Virus record (IMG/VR): IMGVR_UViG_2731957961_000002
DNA: 64,000 nt
Origin: an uncultured virus (IMG/VR IMGVR_UViG_2731957961_000002)
Lineage: Duplodnaviria; Heunggongvirae; Uroviricota; Caudoviricetes
Reading direction: 5' to 3' (one strand)
In this document: piece by piece, positions 27,876 to 38,139 of the stretch
Layout of the letters: every line of letters starts with the position of its first letter
Numbering within the stretch: the first letter of the stretch is position 1
Translations under genes and position numbers: made by a program
Notes under the pieces: model-generated
What the model was told of the DNA's origin: nothing
Databases searched by the model: none
Seen by the model: the letters and a program-made list of their open reading frames with translations, nothing else

Positions 27876-27893
27876 CTACTGGATATCCACCTG

Positions 27894-29261
27894 ATGGCCC
27901 TGTTGGACATCTTCCGCAAGAAAGCGCCGGACCGTCCGGCCGCTGACGAACCGATCTCGCCTATCGTCATCATGGGCGGCCAGCAGGTGCGCTTCCTGTC
28001 CAATGCTGCCGTGGTGGCGGCCGATGTCGCGCAGCGCCAGAACCCGCAGCTCTATCGCATCACCAATTTCGTGGCGTCTTCCGTGCAGGCGGTGCCGTGG
28101 TTCTGCGAGGCGGATCCGGACGTGGTGGCCGCGGAGCGCGCCGGCAACGCCAAGATCAAGGCGATCAATGACCTGCTCAAATCCCCCAACGACACCTTCA
28201 CCCAGCAGCAATTCCGCTATTGGCTCGCTCTTAACCTCATGCTCTACGCCCGCGCTCACTTCAAGGTGGGTGTCGGATCGACCGGTTCGCCCAATGGCCT
28301 TTACCCTCTTGCTGCAAAATATGTCAAAGGCGTTCTCAACCAACGCGGAACGGTTGACGGCTACGAGTATGGCAGCGGATCGAACATGACCGCGCTGCCG
28401 TCGCGGCGCGTCGCCGAGAAGCGCGGCGGCAACATCGCTTACGGCGCCGAGATCTCGTTCCCCAGCCTCAGTGGCCTGGTCGAATACAACAGGGCGCCGG
28501 CCGCCATCGAAAGCATCGCGCAGCCGATTGCCATCATCAACGCGCTGATGCAACGCGCGCTCGACACCGCGAGCGGACATCCGAACGTCAAGTACGTCAT
28601 CACCGCCGAGAAGACGCTGACCAAGCAGCAGCGCGACGCGCTGGCGCAACACCTGGAGGAGGGCGGTCCCGGCGACGAGTATTCCGGCAGCGTGCTGTTC
28701 CTCTACAACACCACGATCAAGGTCGATAAGCTCGACAACAACCTCGCCGACATTCACAGCAAGATCCCGCTCGACGACATGACCCGGCAGATTGCCGGCG
28801 TCTATGGCGTGCCGATTGCGCTGCTCGGTCTCGGCAGTGCCGACAGCGCCAAATACGCATCGAACTACAACGAGTCTCGTCTGAGCTTCTGGCAGGACAC
28901 CATCGCGCCCTGTTACCTCAGTCCGATTGCTGCCGGCATGACCATGGCGATCTGTCCGCCCGGCGCGCGGATCTCGTTCGACCTCGACGCGATTCCGGCG
29001 CTGTGGGAAGGCCGTGCCAACCTCGGCTCGACGCTGTCACGCGTCAACTTCCTCACCACCAACGAGAAGCGCGACATCCTCGGCTACGAGCCGACCACGG
29101 AGATCCCGGCGGTGCTGTTGTCGTCGGGTACCGGGACCGCGAAGGACGTCAGCAACCCGGACGATTCCAAGCCGGCGCCGGACGATAAGCCGGACGACAA
29201 GCCAGACGATGAAGACACCAAGACCAGGATCGCTCCCCCGCCGATGCGGGTCGTCAATTAA
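27894..29261 (+). CDS. Portal protein
   Basis: LLKSPND, QIAGVYGVPIALLG, LTTNEKRDILGYEP. Confidence 0.92.
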   Translation: MALLDIFRKKAPDRPAADEPISPIVIMGGQQVRFLSNAAVVAADVAQRQNPQLYRITNFVASSVQAVPWFCEADPDVVAAERAGNAKIKAINDLLKSPNDTFTQQQFRYWLALNLMLYARAHFKVGVGSTGSPNGLYPLAAKYVKGVLNQRGTVDGYEYGSGSNMTALPSRRVAEKRGGNIAYGAEISFPSLSGLVEYNRAPAAIESIAQPIAIINALMQRALDTASGHPNVKYVITAEKTLTKQQRDALAQHLEEGGPGDEYSGSVLFLYNTTIKVDKLDNNLADIHSKIPLDDMTRQIAGVYGVPIALLGLGSADSAKYASNYNESRLSFWQDTIAPCYLSPIAAGMTMAICPPGARISFDLDAIPALWEGRANLGSTLSRVNFLTTNEKRDILGYEPTTEIPAVLLSSGTGTAKDVSNPDDSKPAPDDKPDDKPDDEDTKTRIAPPPMRVVN

Positions 29262-29288
29262 CGGGAGATCGCGAAGTGGAGGCCGACA

Positions 29289-30035
29289 ATGAGTGATCGC
29301 AAGCAGTGGAAGCCGGGGGACCGCCTGCAGTTCGACATGGCGTCCGCCGCCCATGCGGTCGAAGATGCGCCAGAAGGCTTCATCGCCGGCATCGCGTCGA
29401 CCCCGGCGACCGACCTGTACGGCCACAAGGTGCTGGCCGGCGCCTTCGACAAGTCGATCAAGAAGAAGGGCCTGTCCGGCCCGCGCGGCATCAAGCTGCT
29501 GGCGTTTCACGACTGGTCGAAACCGGCCGGCGTGATCAAGCGGCTGAAGACGGTCGATCAGGAACTGCGCCTGGAGGCGCAGCTGAACCTCAACGTCTCC
29601 TACGTCAAGGATCTCTACGAGGCTTCACGGCAGAATGGCGGCCTGAATTTTTCGGTCGGCTTCGTGCTGGAGGAATTCGAGTACGTCGATGAGAAGGACG
29701 CGGAAGACGACGAGTACCTGATCATCAAGCAGGGCGACCTGATGGAAGTGTCCGTCGTCGTCTTCCCGGCTCAGCTTGAAGCCGAAATGACCTTCATCAA
29801 GCATGTCGATACGATGGCCGAGTTCGAGAAGGCGCTTGTCGCCGATGGACTCTGCCGGAGTAGGGCAGAAGCGCACCGGTACGCCCTGTTTGCGAAGACC
29901 AATGTGCATCTGCTCCAAGGCAAGCAGCCGCCCTTGGCGCCTCCTGCCGAACAGCCCGACCGTCCCTTGCTGGATGTTCAGATGTTGAAGGCCTGTCACG
30001 ACCTCGCGACCCGCGCCAACCGTGCGCTCCGGTAG
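29289..30035 (+). CDS. HK97-family prohead protease
   Basis: GAFDKS, LLAFHD, FSVGF, LMEVSVVVFPA. Confidence 0.92.
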   Translation: MSDRKQWKPGDRLQFDMASAAHAVEDAPEGFIAGIASTPATDLYGHKVLAGAFDKSIKKKGLSGPRGIKLLAFHDWSKPAGVIKRLKTVDQELRLEAQLNLNVSYVKDLYEASRQNGGLNFSVGFVLEEFEYVDEKDAEDDEYLIIKQGDLMEVSVVVFPAQLEAEMTFIKHVDTMAEFEKALVADGLCRSRAEAHRYALFAKTNVHLLQGKQPPLAPPAEQPDRPLLDVQMLKACHDLATRANRALR

Positions 30036-30080
30036 CGACAGAGGTCATTCCCACCAAACATTCCCGAAGGAAATCTCACC

Positions 30081-31499
30081 ATGAACACCCACATCCGCAA
30101 GGGTGTCTTCCTGACCAAGGAAGCCCCGGCCGACAAGGCGGCTGCCGATGCCGCACTCGAAGTGCTGACCAAGGAACTCGGCGATATCGTCACCGCGCTG
30201 GAAACCAACCGTAAGGAGACCGACGCGCACTACACCGAGCTGTCCAACCACTACAAGGGCATGAAGGCCGACAACGAGGCGACCCGTGCCGAAGTCGCCA
30301 AGCATGCGGCGGAGTACGCCCAACTGGTCACCCAGCAGCAGGCGTTGCAGCAGGCGCTCGATCAGGTCAAAAAGGAGATCGATGTCCCGCTGCTGCGCAG
30401 CGGCGGCGACCTCAAGGACAACGACACCAAGGCGGCCATCGAGCTGCAGCGCCGCGCCTACCTGTTCAAGGGTGGCGACAATGACGACTTCGTGCCCGAC
30501 ATGGAGAACCTGGTCAACGCCGCGCATTACCGCTCGGCGGTGCGCAAGCTGATGAAAGTCGGCATCGAGAGCAAGGCCAAGATCGTCCGCACCTTCGACG
30601 AATATGAGCGCAAGGCGTTCGATGCGGCGAGCCTCGACTCCGCGATGTTCTCGCCGGAGATGCTCGGCATCGAGGTCAACTGCATCGTCGAGTGTGCGGA
30701 GCTGCTCGATCTCTACGGCAGCGTGACGGTCGGCAAATCGACCTTCATGTATCCCCAGGTGATGAATTACGGCGCCATCGGCAAGTACGACTGCGACGCC
30801 AAGTGCGACGCTGAATACGGTCCGGAAGGCAATGTTCAGTTCAAGAACGGCGCGGTGTCGGACTTCCGCGGCGTGTTCTGCCTGCAGCGCAAGGTGCTCG
30901 CGGAGGCCAACTATCCGTTGCTCGACTTCATGTATAACGCGGCTTCGCGGTCGTATCGCATCAACCGCAACCGCGCGCTGATGGTCGGCGATGGCATCAA
31001 CGAGCCGCTCGGCTGGTTGTCGTCGGACTGCTTCACCAAGCTGAAGACCGGCGGTACCACGTTCAACCACATCGACTTCCGGCTGTTCTTCGCTTCGGCG
31101 CCGGTCGAGTATGGCGCGGTGACCGCGGTGATGCACCAGAACATGTTCGCCTATCTGGCGGCCATGGTCGATGCCAACGGGCGCTTCATCTTCGGCGACG
31201 GTCTGATGACCTACTCGCCGGACGATGTCCGCGAGCGGATCCGGATCTCGAACTGCCTGCCGGATGCCACCGCGGGTCTGACCAAGGGCAGCGCGGCCAA
31301 CCCGTTCACCACGGGCGACTTCCTGGTCGCGGTCGGCTCATGGGCGCAGGCCTACTACTTGGTCAACAAGCGCGGCTTGTGGATCGAGCAGTGGGAGGGC
31401 CAGTCCTCGGCCTGGTGCGTCAAGTACCAGTTCGGCGCCGAAGACGGCGGCTTCACCGGCTGCTGCCCCGCGGCGCGCATCCTGACGGTCGGCCCGTAA
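30081..31499 (+). CDS. Major capsid protein (HK97 fold, Cys-rich)
   Basis: Coiled-coil delta domain; GDGINEPLG; 10 Cys counted. Confidence 0.9.
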   Translation: MNTHIRKGVFLTKEAPADKAAADAALEVLTKELGDIVTALETNRKETDAHYTELSNHYKGMKADNEATRAEVAKHAAEYAQLVTQQQALQQALDQVKKEIDVPLLRSGGDLKDNDTKAAIELQRRAYLFKGGDNDDFVPDMENLVNAAHYRSAVRKLMKVGIESKAKIVRTFDEYERKAFDAASLDSAMFSPEMLGIEVNCIVECAELLDLYGSVTVGKSTFMYPQVMNYGAIGKYDCDAKCDAEYGPEGNVQFKNGAVSDFRGVFCLQRKVLAEANYPLLDFMYNAASRSYRINRNRALMVGDGINEPLGWLSSDCFTKLKTGGTTFNHIDFRLFFASAPVEYGAVTAVMHQNMFAYLAAMVDANGRFIFGDGLMTYSPDDVRERIRISNCLPDATAGLTKGSAANPFTTGDFLVAVGSWAQAYYLVNKRGLWIEQWEGQSSAWCVKYQFGAEDGGFTGCCPAARILTVGP

Positions 31500-31533
31500 G
31501 ACCGACAGCCCTCACACATCACAGGAGACAACC

Positions 31534-31935
31534 ATGAACATCAACACTGCGACCCAGCATCAGGGGGTGATCGCGTGGGATGGCGCTGCCAGCTATCCCA
31601 TCGACATCCGCCAGCACGTAAGCTTCTCCTTCACCTTCAAGGCCACGGCCGATCTTCCGGTCGATGCGGTGTTTCATGTGCAGGCCGCGCCGCCCAACTC
31701 AGCCGACCCCTGCACGCCCGGCGCCTTTGTCGACGTGCCGGAGGTGCTGACCTGCGTGGCGCCGTATGGCGCGGCCGGGGCCACCCAGTCCGGCTTCACC
31801 ATTCCGGCCGGCACCAAGAAAGGCTCGATCTGCACGGCGACTTTGCCGTGCAGGCCGGACGCCTTCATTCAATTGGTGGCGACTGCTGGTGGCGCCGCTG
31901 TCGAGGCAGTGGCTGTTCTGTCCGGCCCGCGGTGA
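31534..31935 (+). CDS. Minor capsid/decoration protein
   Basis: Directly follows MCP; beta-rich with several Cys. Confidence 0.65.
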   Translation: MNINTATQHQGVIAWDGAASYPIDIRQHVSFSFTFKATADLPVDAVFHVQAAPPNSADPCTPGAFVDVPEVLTCVAPYGAAGATQSGFTIPAGTKKGSICTATLPCRPDAFIQLVATAGGAAVEAVAVLSGPR

Positions 31936-32339
31936 GAGTAGCCGTCGGTCGAGCGATCAGGGTTGGCCCTGGCGACCAGGTCGTCGTTCGGGGCCAGCTC
32001 GCAGCCGCCAAACTCGGGCGGCTGTATGTGTTCGCGTGTGAGCGGGGCAACGATCATTTCTCGCCCTACGTTCCCGACATGTCATCTCTGGTCGGGTCCG
32101 AGCCGAAGCTGCTCTCGACCATGGCGCTGCGGCTCACTGAAGATCGTCCCGAGCGTGAGATCAGTTTCGTCTCCGACATAGACGGCTTCGTTCGCATCAT
32201 GCAGGAAGTCGACACGGCAAAGGATCCGCGCGCCAAGGTCAAGCTGACGCGAACGATCTGCCCGGATCTGCCATGGCCCGAGCGCATGCTTCGCCTGATC
32301 ACAGGAATACTGACATGGCCGACGTTGAAGCTCTCGTAA
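31932..32339 (+). CDS. Hypothetical head-region protein
   Basis: GTGA coupling. Confidence 0.55.
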   Translation: MRVAVGRAIRVGPGDQVVVRGQLAAAKLGRLYVFACERGNDHFSPYVPDMSSLVGSEPKLLSTMALRLTEDRPEREISFVSDIDGFVRIMQEVDTAKDPRAKVKLTRTICPDLPWPERMLRLITGILTWPTLKLS

Positions 32340-32713
32340 TCGGCGACAACAAGCGACCGGAAACCGCTGACGGGCGTGTCGGCTGCGTGATGCTGGTCGC
32401 CAGCGGTCAGAGCGTCGACGACCAGGGCAACGCCATCAAATTCTTCGATTACCGGCCGGGCTTCTTCCAGGACATCATCCAGGTCCGCTGGGACAAGGAC
32501 ACCATGCACGTGGTGCTGCCGGTGCAGGTTTCGGACTATCTGCTGCGCAATGGCTATGCGCGAGCCATGACTGCGCAGGAAGCGCAGAGCTACAACGCGC
32601 AACTATCGGCTGAGCCGACGGCGGCAACGCCCGCGGTTGAGCCGCCCACTGTCGTCGACGAACCGGAAGCCGACGCGGAAAGACCGCGCCGCAAACAGAG
32701 GAAGGGAGATTGA
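32315..32713 (+). CDS. Hypothetical head-region protein
   Basis: AGGA RBS. Confidence 0.65.
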   Translation: MADVEALVIGDNKRPETADGRVGCVMLVASGQSVDDQGNAIKFFDYRPGFFQDIIQVRWDKDTMHVVLPVQVSDYLLRNGYARAMTAQEAQSYNAQLSAEPTAATPAVEPPTVVDEPEADAERPRRKQRKGD

Positions 32714-32714
32714 G

Positions 32715-32813
32715 ATGATCACGGTCAGGTGCTCGAACGCTTGCACGCCGAACAACGCGACGGCGCTCGCGACGCCGCCATGCTTCCAGTGTCCGGCCGC
32801 GGCCGCCCCCTAG
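32715..32813 (+). CDS. 32-aa Cys-rich capsid-linker-like peptide (not in ORF track)
   Basis: MITVRCSNACTPNNATALATPPCFQCPAAAAP with AAGGGAG RBS. Confidence 0.7.
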   Translation: MITVRCSNACTPNNATALATPPCFQCPAAAAP

Positions 32814-32839
32814 CCCCGCCGCGGTTGATGCTGGGTGAA

Positions 32840-32877
32840 GGCCCGGAGGTCGCAAACCTGCTCCGGGCTCTTTCTTT
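32840..32877 (+). terminator. Terminator-like hairpin after head genes
   Basis: GCCCGGAG..CTCCGGGC followed by TCTTTCTTT. Confidence 0.5.
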
Positions 32878-32895
32878 AGACGGAGGATCGCAGCC

Positions 32896-33606
32896 ATGAT
32901 GCATTTCAACATCGATGACTTTCAGCCGATCAATAACGGCTGCCAGAAGTGCTGCTGCGAGAAGCTGTCGCTGGAGCCGGGAACGACCAGCAAGGTCAGC
33001 GTCGGTTATGCGACCTGGGCGATTCCGATTGGCCAGCTGCATTGTCTGCCGCAATTCTCGCTGGAGCAGATGAATACCTGTCCGGTGCCGGCCAGTGGCA
33101 ACATGCCGCCGCGGCCCAACGACAACATGATCCGGTTCGATACGCCCGTCGATACCGAACTTGCCGACGATCTAAACGGCGAGGTCACAGATCCCGAAGG
33201 CGATGCTCTGACGTTCAAGCTGCTGTCGCTGTACGGTCCGCAGCATGGCAAGCTGATACTCGATCCCGGCGGCACGTTCACCTATACGCCGAACAGCGGC
33301 TATAAGGGCGGCGAGCGGTTTTTTGTATCGGTCGCCGACGGCGTCAATTCGCCGGTCGTGATGGAAGTCTTCATCGGCGTCGGTGTCGCATCCGCGGATG
33401 CCGACGTAACCCCGCATGTCTCGATTGATCAGGCCGGCGTCGTCGTCGATCAGCGATATTTCACCGCCGCCTTTCCGATCAAGGTTTCGCCGGCCGCGCA
33501 GCTTTGCGAGGTGTGGCGGCTCACGGTGCTGCAGGGCGCGCTCGATTGCGACTGTACCTGCTATTCGCGCACCGACTGTTTCGACATCGGGATCGGCAAA
33601 TGCTGA
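32896..33606 (+). CDS. Ig/cadherin-like Cys-rich virion protein (collar-sheath-like)
   Basis: DPEGDALTF..PQHGKL..GTFTYTPNSGYKG; GCQKCCC and DCDCTC. Confidence 0.75.
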   Translation: MMHFNIDDFQPINNGCQKCCCEKLSLEPGTTSKVSVGYATWAIPIGQLHCLPQFSLEQMNTCPVPASGNMPPRPNDNMIRFDTPVDTELADDLNGEVTDPEGDALTFKLLSLYGPQHGKLILDPGGTFTYTPNSGYKGGERFFVSVADGVNSPVVMEVFIGVGVASADADVTPHVSIDQAGVVVDQRYFTAAFPIKVSPAAQLCEVWRLTVLQGALDCDCTCYSRTDCFDIGIGKC

Positions 33607-34307
33607 CGGCCACGACCGGCGAACGGCATTACGACCCGAGGCAGCCACCGTTCGAACCGGATCGGCTGGAGAGGTTCGAGTGGCACAAGGGCCTGTCCCT
33701 CGACATGATCCGCCTGCACACCAAGACCGATGACGTGCCAGGGGTGACCGACGAGCAGTTGGAGCTGTATCGGGCGTCCTCGATTGAGGCTGCCGAGTTC
33801 TATACCGGCATGCTGCTGGCCGGGCAGCGTACCGTGGTTGAGCCGGTCCAGGGTCCGCCCTCGCGGCCCGGAAAGCTGACCTACAGGATGCGGCTGCGCT
33901 ACCCGGTCGCCGACGGCATGGTCTACCTCTATGGCGGCAGCCATCCCGCCGACAACGTCGTGTTCCAGGTGCCGCCCAACACGCGCTCGATCCGGGTGCC
34001 GATCCGCAGCGGTCTGATTGACCTAACGAACTGCTGCGATCCCTGTGCCTCGCACGCGCTCAACCGCGGCATGATGGTGGCCTACAAGGCCGGTTTCCGC
34101 TGCATGGAGGACGTGCCGGCGGGCATCGTCGTCGGTTGCCTGCAATACATCGCCTGGATCATCGAACACCCCGGTGACGAGCTGATGACCCAGCGCAACC
34201 GCAAGGACAATTCGACCAAGATCGGCGGCGTGTCCGGCTCGAACAACATCGCCATGGTTTCCGGCGCGCTGGAATCCTGGCGCCTCTACGACAGCGAAGC
34301 GATCTGA
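33600..34307 (+). CDS. Head-tail connector (neck 1)
   Basis: AAEFYTG..YKAGF..VPAGI..QYIAW; position. Confidence 0.75.
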   Translation: MLTATTGERHYDPRQPPFEPDRLERFEWHKGLSLDMIRLHTKTDDVPGVTDEQLELYRASSIEAAEFYTGMLLAGQRTVVEPVQGPPSRPGKLTYRMRLRYPVADGMVYLYGGSHPADNVVFQVPPNTRSIRVPIRSGLIDLTNCCDPCASHALNRGMMVAYKAGFRCMEDVPAGIVVGCLQYIAWIIEHPGDELMTQRNRKDNSTKIGGVSGSNNIAMVSGALESWRLYDSEAI

Positions 34308-34723
34308 TGCCGCTCGACACCAAGATCTCCGACCTGCGCAACCGGATCTCGCTCTGCACCATGCAGGATGTGGTCGAGGAGGGCGGTGTCATGACCTTGG
34401 CGCGCATCGAAATCGCCACCGTGTGGGCCGCGATCTACGCGCAGCCGCACCTGCCATCGTTCATTTCGCCCTACGGCTACGCCATCAAGGAGAATGCCGA
34501 CCGCCGGACCCATCTGATCACGGTGCGCTACAAGGTCGATCTCGACCTCACTTCGGCGGCCTGGGTCTACGAGGTCCGGCGCAAGTCGCCGCCGCGCTGG
34601 TACAAGGTGCTCGGCTTCTACGACAACGAGAACTGGATCGTGATGCATTGCCATCTGGTCCAACGCTCGGAGCGCGCGACGCCGCCGCAAAGCAAGCTGG
34701 CGGCGGAAGTCTCCCGGATCTGA
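34307..34723 (+). CDS. Head closure/neck 2 protein
   Basis: DLRNRISL..ATVWAAI..THLITVRY. Confidence 0.8.
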   Translation: MPLDTKISDLRNRISLCTMQDVVEEGGVMTLARIEIATVWAAIYAQPHLPSFISPYGYAIKENADRRTHLITVRYKVDLDLTSAAWVYEVRRKSPPRWYKVLGFYDNENWIVMHCHLVQRSERATPPQSKLAAEVSRI

Positions 34724-34726
34724 GCC

Positions 34727-35089
34727 GTGAACATCCAGTTCTCGTTCGTGCCGTGGCGACCGTTTTATGCCCGCAAGAACGACGCCGAAATCAAGAGTTG
34801 GCTGCAGCGCGTGGCGAAGGCGTCGGAAGCCGCCTTCAAGGGCGGCATGGGCAATTATCCGCCGGCATCGGCGCCGGGCGCCTGGCCCAACATCCGGACC
34901 GGCAATCTGCGCGGCTCGATCCGTACCGTGGTGACCAACGATTCCATGACCATCGGCAGCAACATGCATTACTCGCGCTGGCTACGGGAGGGCACTTCAA
35001 AGATGGTCCGCCGCAAGATGAGCGATAACGCGCTGAAGGCCGGCATGAGCGCCGGCCGGCTCGGACACTGGGTCGAGTGGTCGCGGTGA
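34727..35089 (+). CDS. HK97 gp10-like tail-completion protein
   Basis: ASAPGAWP..RTGNLRGSI..LREGTSKM. Confidence 0.75.
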   Translation: MNIQFSFVPWRPFYARKNDAEIKSWLQRVAKASEAAFKGGMGNYPPASAPGAWPNIRTGNLRGSIRTVVTNDSMTIGSNMHYSRWLREGTSKMVRRKMSDNALKAGMSAGRLGHWVEWSR

Positions 35090-35094
35090 CACCA

Positions 35095-35685
35095 ATGGAC
35101 GCGCGAACGCCCGCCCAGGAAAAGCGGTTTCTGCCGGCGGCGGCCGAAGCCATTGCGCAATGGTTCTATCCCGAGCTGGAGAATCCGAACGGTCCGCCGC
35201 GCTCGGTCGCGGTCAGCGACATCGACATCACCAAGGAAAACATCCCGACCTTGCCGCTGGTGCTGGTGGCATTCACGCAATCGCTCGGTCATCAGCTGAT
35301 GCGCAGCTCCAGTTCGGAATTCGAGATCACCGATACCTTCGTGGTCGAGTTCTGGATGCCGCCGCAGCGGGTTCAGCACAAGAACAAGGATACGCCGTAC
35401 TGGAATTATTATCCCTATGAGTACATCCGCGACACGCTGATCGCCGGCTTCGTCAATTGGGAAGGCCCACGCGGCGAGCGCGTCGCCTATCGTGGCCTTC
35501 ATGTCGAGGCGGATCCGCTGGCGGCACGATTGACCTTCACCTTCGTGGCCACGTTCCAGTGGTGTGTCGACAGCCTCGATATGGGCACCCCGTTCGATGT
35601 CGGTTTCAGGCTGTGTACGCCGGCCAGCTGTATCCCTGACTGCACTGAGGAGCAGGAGGTCGACGAATGTCAGCCGTGTCCGTGA
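35095..35685 (+). CDS. Tail terminator-like protein
   Basis: Position before sheath; Cys-rich C-terminus. Confidence 0.6.
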   Translation: MDARTPAQEKRFLPAAAEAIAQWFYPELENPNGPPRSVAVSDIDITKENIPTLPLVLVAFTQSLGHQLMRSSSSEFEITDTFVVEFWMPPQRVQHKNKDTPYWNYYPYEYIRDTLIAGFVNWEGPRGERVAYRGLHVEADPLAARLTFTFVATFQWCVDSLDMGTPFDVGFRLCTPASCIPDCTEEQEVDECQPCP

Positions 35686-35717
35686 GTTTTTCCACCCCGA
35701 CGAAAAGGAGGCCCGCG

Positions 35718-35924
35718 ATGGCCATGATCTACGTGCGAGCCCGCCCTGGTCGGCGGGCATTTTTCGAAGGTCGCGTGATTCCCGAAGACAAGTTCATTCC
35801 GGTGACCGACACGCCGTACATCCGGCGGCTGGTCGACCATTGGGGCGACCTTGAGGTGGAGGGCGATGCCAAGTCATCGCGCCGCTCGGCTTCGCGGTCG
35901 ACGTCGTCAACCTCCACCGAATAA
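35718..35924 (+). CDS. DUF2635/Mu gp38-like protein
   Basis: VRARPGR..VTDTPYIRRL..GDL directly before sheath. Confidence 0.7.
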   Translation: MAMIYVRARPGRRAFFEGRVIPEDKFIPVTDTPYIRRLVDHWGDLEVEGDAKSSRRSASRSTSSTSTE

Positions 35925-35952
35925 CCATCGGTCGATAAAGGAGTAAACCACA

Positions 35953-37473
35953 ATGTCAATTGATAGCCTGCGGTCCGGCGCCATCCGGATTTGCTTCGAT
36001 GCTTCGCTGAACGCCTACCCCCATAAGTGCCGCATCCTGCTCGAAGGCCAGATGCTCGACGACGGCACGGCAGCGGATGGCGAGCTGATCCAGATCCCGT
36101 CGCTGCGCGATGTGGATGAGTTGTTCGGAGCGGGGTCGGTGATTGCCGAAGGACTCAAGGTCGGATTCGGCTGTTGCCCGAACAATGCCCTGGAGTTCTT
36201 TGCGTTGCCGCACAAGGATTTGTCGGTGGGCGCAACGACCAAGGCGGTCTATACGCTGACCTTCACCGGGCCAGCGACCTCCGACGGCCGGGCCGATTTG
36301 TTCATGGGTGACGGTCGCTGGAATACCTCGACCCGCATCACCGAGGGAATGACGGCAGACGAGATCGCGGCAGCTGTCACGCAGTCCATCAATCTGGAGG
36401 CCGGTTTCCCGTTCGATGCGGTGGCGGCTCTCGGCGTCATCACGCTGACGGCAAAGAACGCCGGCACGGTCGGCAACTGCCTCAATCCGATCTACAACTG
36501 GCATCAGCGCCGCGACTATGCGCCGGAGGGCGTGTCGGTAGAGGCCCTCCAGACCATCGTCGGCGCTTCTAGCGCGGCATGGGCACCGCCGGACTATGCG
36601 GCCATTCTTGGCGAGTGCTGCTATTGCTGCATCGGCATGCTCTATGACGATCCGAAGTGCCAGGACGCGATGATCGCCTACATCGCCACCGCCTGGTCCT
36701 GCGACAAGCCGCAGTGCTTCGGTCACGGCTACACGTATAACACCGGCTCGCTGGGGCAGATCCTTTCCACCGACACCAACTCGGCTGAAGCCAGCCGGCT
36801 GGCGCAGTGCTGCGAGGATCCGATTCTCGGCTATCTCAAGGTCGCAGCCTATACAGCGCTGTCGTGCTGCTCGGCGGTCGACAATCCGGAGATGTCGATC
36901 CAGGGTCCGAACTTCGGCGTACTGTCGTGCCTGCGTCAGCCAGAATCGTGTTTCCAGTGCTTCACCTTCGAGGAGCAGCAGCTGCTGGAGTCCACCGGGT
37001 TTGTTGTCACCGTGCCATTGCAGGGCGGCACGGGTGCGATGACCCAGCCGATGATCGTCAACGACATCACCAACAATCGTTACGACGAGAACGGCCGGGT
37101 CAATGCCACGTGGTGGAACGTCAACAGCCGCAGGCTTGCTGCGGCCACGGCGGACGCCGCGGCGATTGCGCTGAACCAGGTGGTCGGCCTTGGCCTGTTC
37201 ACCAAGAACACCACGATCCCGGCCGGCATTCGCGGGACCAACCCGAAGCTTATCCTCGGCATGTTCCGTGCCTGGGCCAAGGCGAATATCGGCATCCTGT
37301 TCTCTGAGTTCGAGAACATCGATCAGGACATCCAGCTCAAGACCGACTTTGAGGTGGCGCCGAAGTGCCAGGGCATCCCCGGCAAGCTCTGGATCGACTT
37401 CGTCTATCGGCCGCCGGTCCGCATCACCAACATCATCATCAACGCGCAGCCGGCAATGCTCAGCAACTGCTGA
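35953..37473 (+). CDS. Tail sheath protein (Mu gpL-like, Cys-rich)
   Basis: ELFGAGS, ITLTAKNAGTVGN; 21 Cys counted including CCYCC. Confidence 0.9.
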   Translation: MSIDSLRSGAIRICFDASLNAYPHKCRILLEGQMLDDGTAADGELIQIPSLRDVDELFGAGSVIAEGLKVGFGCCPNNALEFFALPHKDLSVGATTKAVYTLTFTGPATSDGRADLFMGDGRWNTSTRITEGMTADEIAAAVTQSINLEAGFPFDAVAALGVITLTAKNAGTVGNCLNPIYNWHQRRDYAPEGVSVEALQTIVGASSAAWAPPDYAAILGECCYCCIGMLYDDPKCQDAMIAYIATAWSCDKPQCFGHGYTYNTGSLGQILSTDTNSAEASRLAQCCEDPILGYLKVAAYTALSCCSAVDNPEMSIQGPNFGVLSCLRQPESCFQCFTFEEQQLLESTGFVVTVPLQGGTGAMTQPMIVNDITNNRYDENGRVNATWWNVNSRRLAAATADAAAIALNQVVGLGLFTKNTTIPAGIRGTNPKLILGMFRAWAKANIGILFSEFENIDQDIQLKTDFEVAPKCQGIPGKLWIDFVYRPPVRITNIIINAQPAMLSNC

Positions 37474-37512
37474 GCCGGCCGCCCTCAATCACCTTATCGA
37501 GGAGTGACGCAC

Positions 37513-37650
37513 ATGTATGGCGATCCAGAACTTCCCGGAAATGAACCGACACCAGCACCGCCTCCGGCGCCAGAGCCGGTCAAGGAGCCGGAGCCGAAGG
37601 AGGATCCGCCCAAGGAGGGCGAGAACGGCGACAAGGGCGAGGATGCCTGA
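37513..37650 (+). CDS. 45-aa Pro/Glu-rich peptide between sheath and tube (not in ORF track)
   Basis: GAGGAG RBS; MYGDPELPGNEPTPAPPPAPEPVKEPEPKEDPPKEGENGDKGEDA. Confidence 0.55.
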   Translation: MYGDPELPGNEPTPAPPPAPEPVKEPEPKEDPPKEGENGDKGEDA

Positions 37651-37682
37651 CCACCCCCAGGAGGAGAAAGGAGTAATTCGAT

Positions 37683-38129
37683 ATGACCTGCACCAATCAA
37701 GTCGGGGTGAAGAACATCCTTCTCACCTTCAGGGATTGCGACACCGACGCGGTCTACGGTCCGATTGCGCACAAGCTGGCGACCGAGGATCTGCCGACGT
37801 GGCGGCTCTGTCCCTACAACAACGATCCGCTGCCGCACGGCTATGTCAAACGGCAGCCGACCAATCCCGAGCTGGAGATCAACGTCATCCGGGATCTTCG
37901 CATCCCTCTTGCGATGTATCAGGGCTGCAGCGACGTCTCGATCCAGGTCGAGTATTACAACGGCCTGGTCTATAGCGCCGTGCAGGGCACCGGGACGGGC
38001 GATGACAAGTCCGACACCCATGAGGTGACCATGACTATCTCGTTCCGAGAGATCGACGAGATGTTGCCGAACGGCACGCTGGAGAGTACGCCGAATCCGA
38101 TCACGCCGACATTCGCGGTGGCGGCGTAG
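37683..38129 (+). CDS. Tail tube protein
   Basis: 148 aa after sheath; AAGGAG RBS. Confidence 0.8.
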   Translation: MTCTNQVGVKNILLTFRDCDTDAVYGPIAHKLATEDLPTWRLCPYNNDPLPHGYVKRQPTNPELEINVIRDLRIPLAMYQGCSDVSIQVEYYNGLVYSAVQGTGTGDDKSDTHEVTMTISFREIDEMLPNGTLESTPNPITPTFAVAA

Positions 38130-38139
38130 AGGAGTCGAC

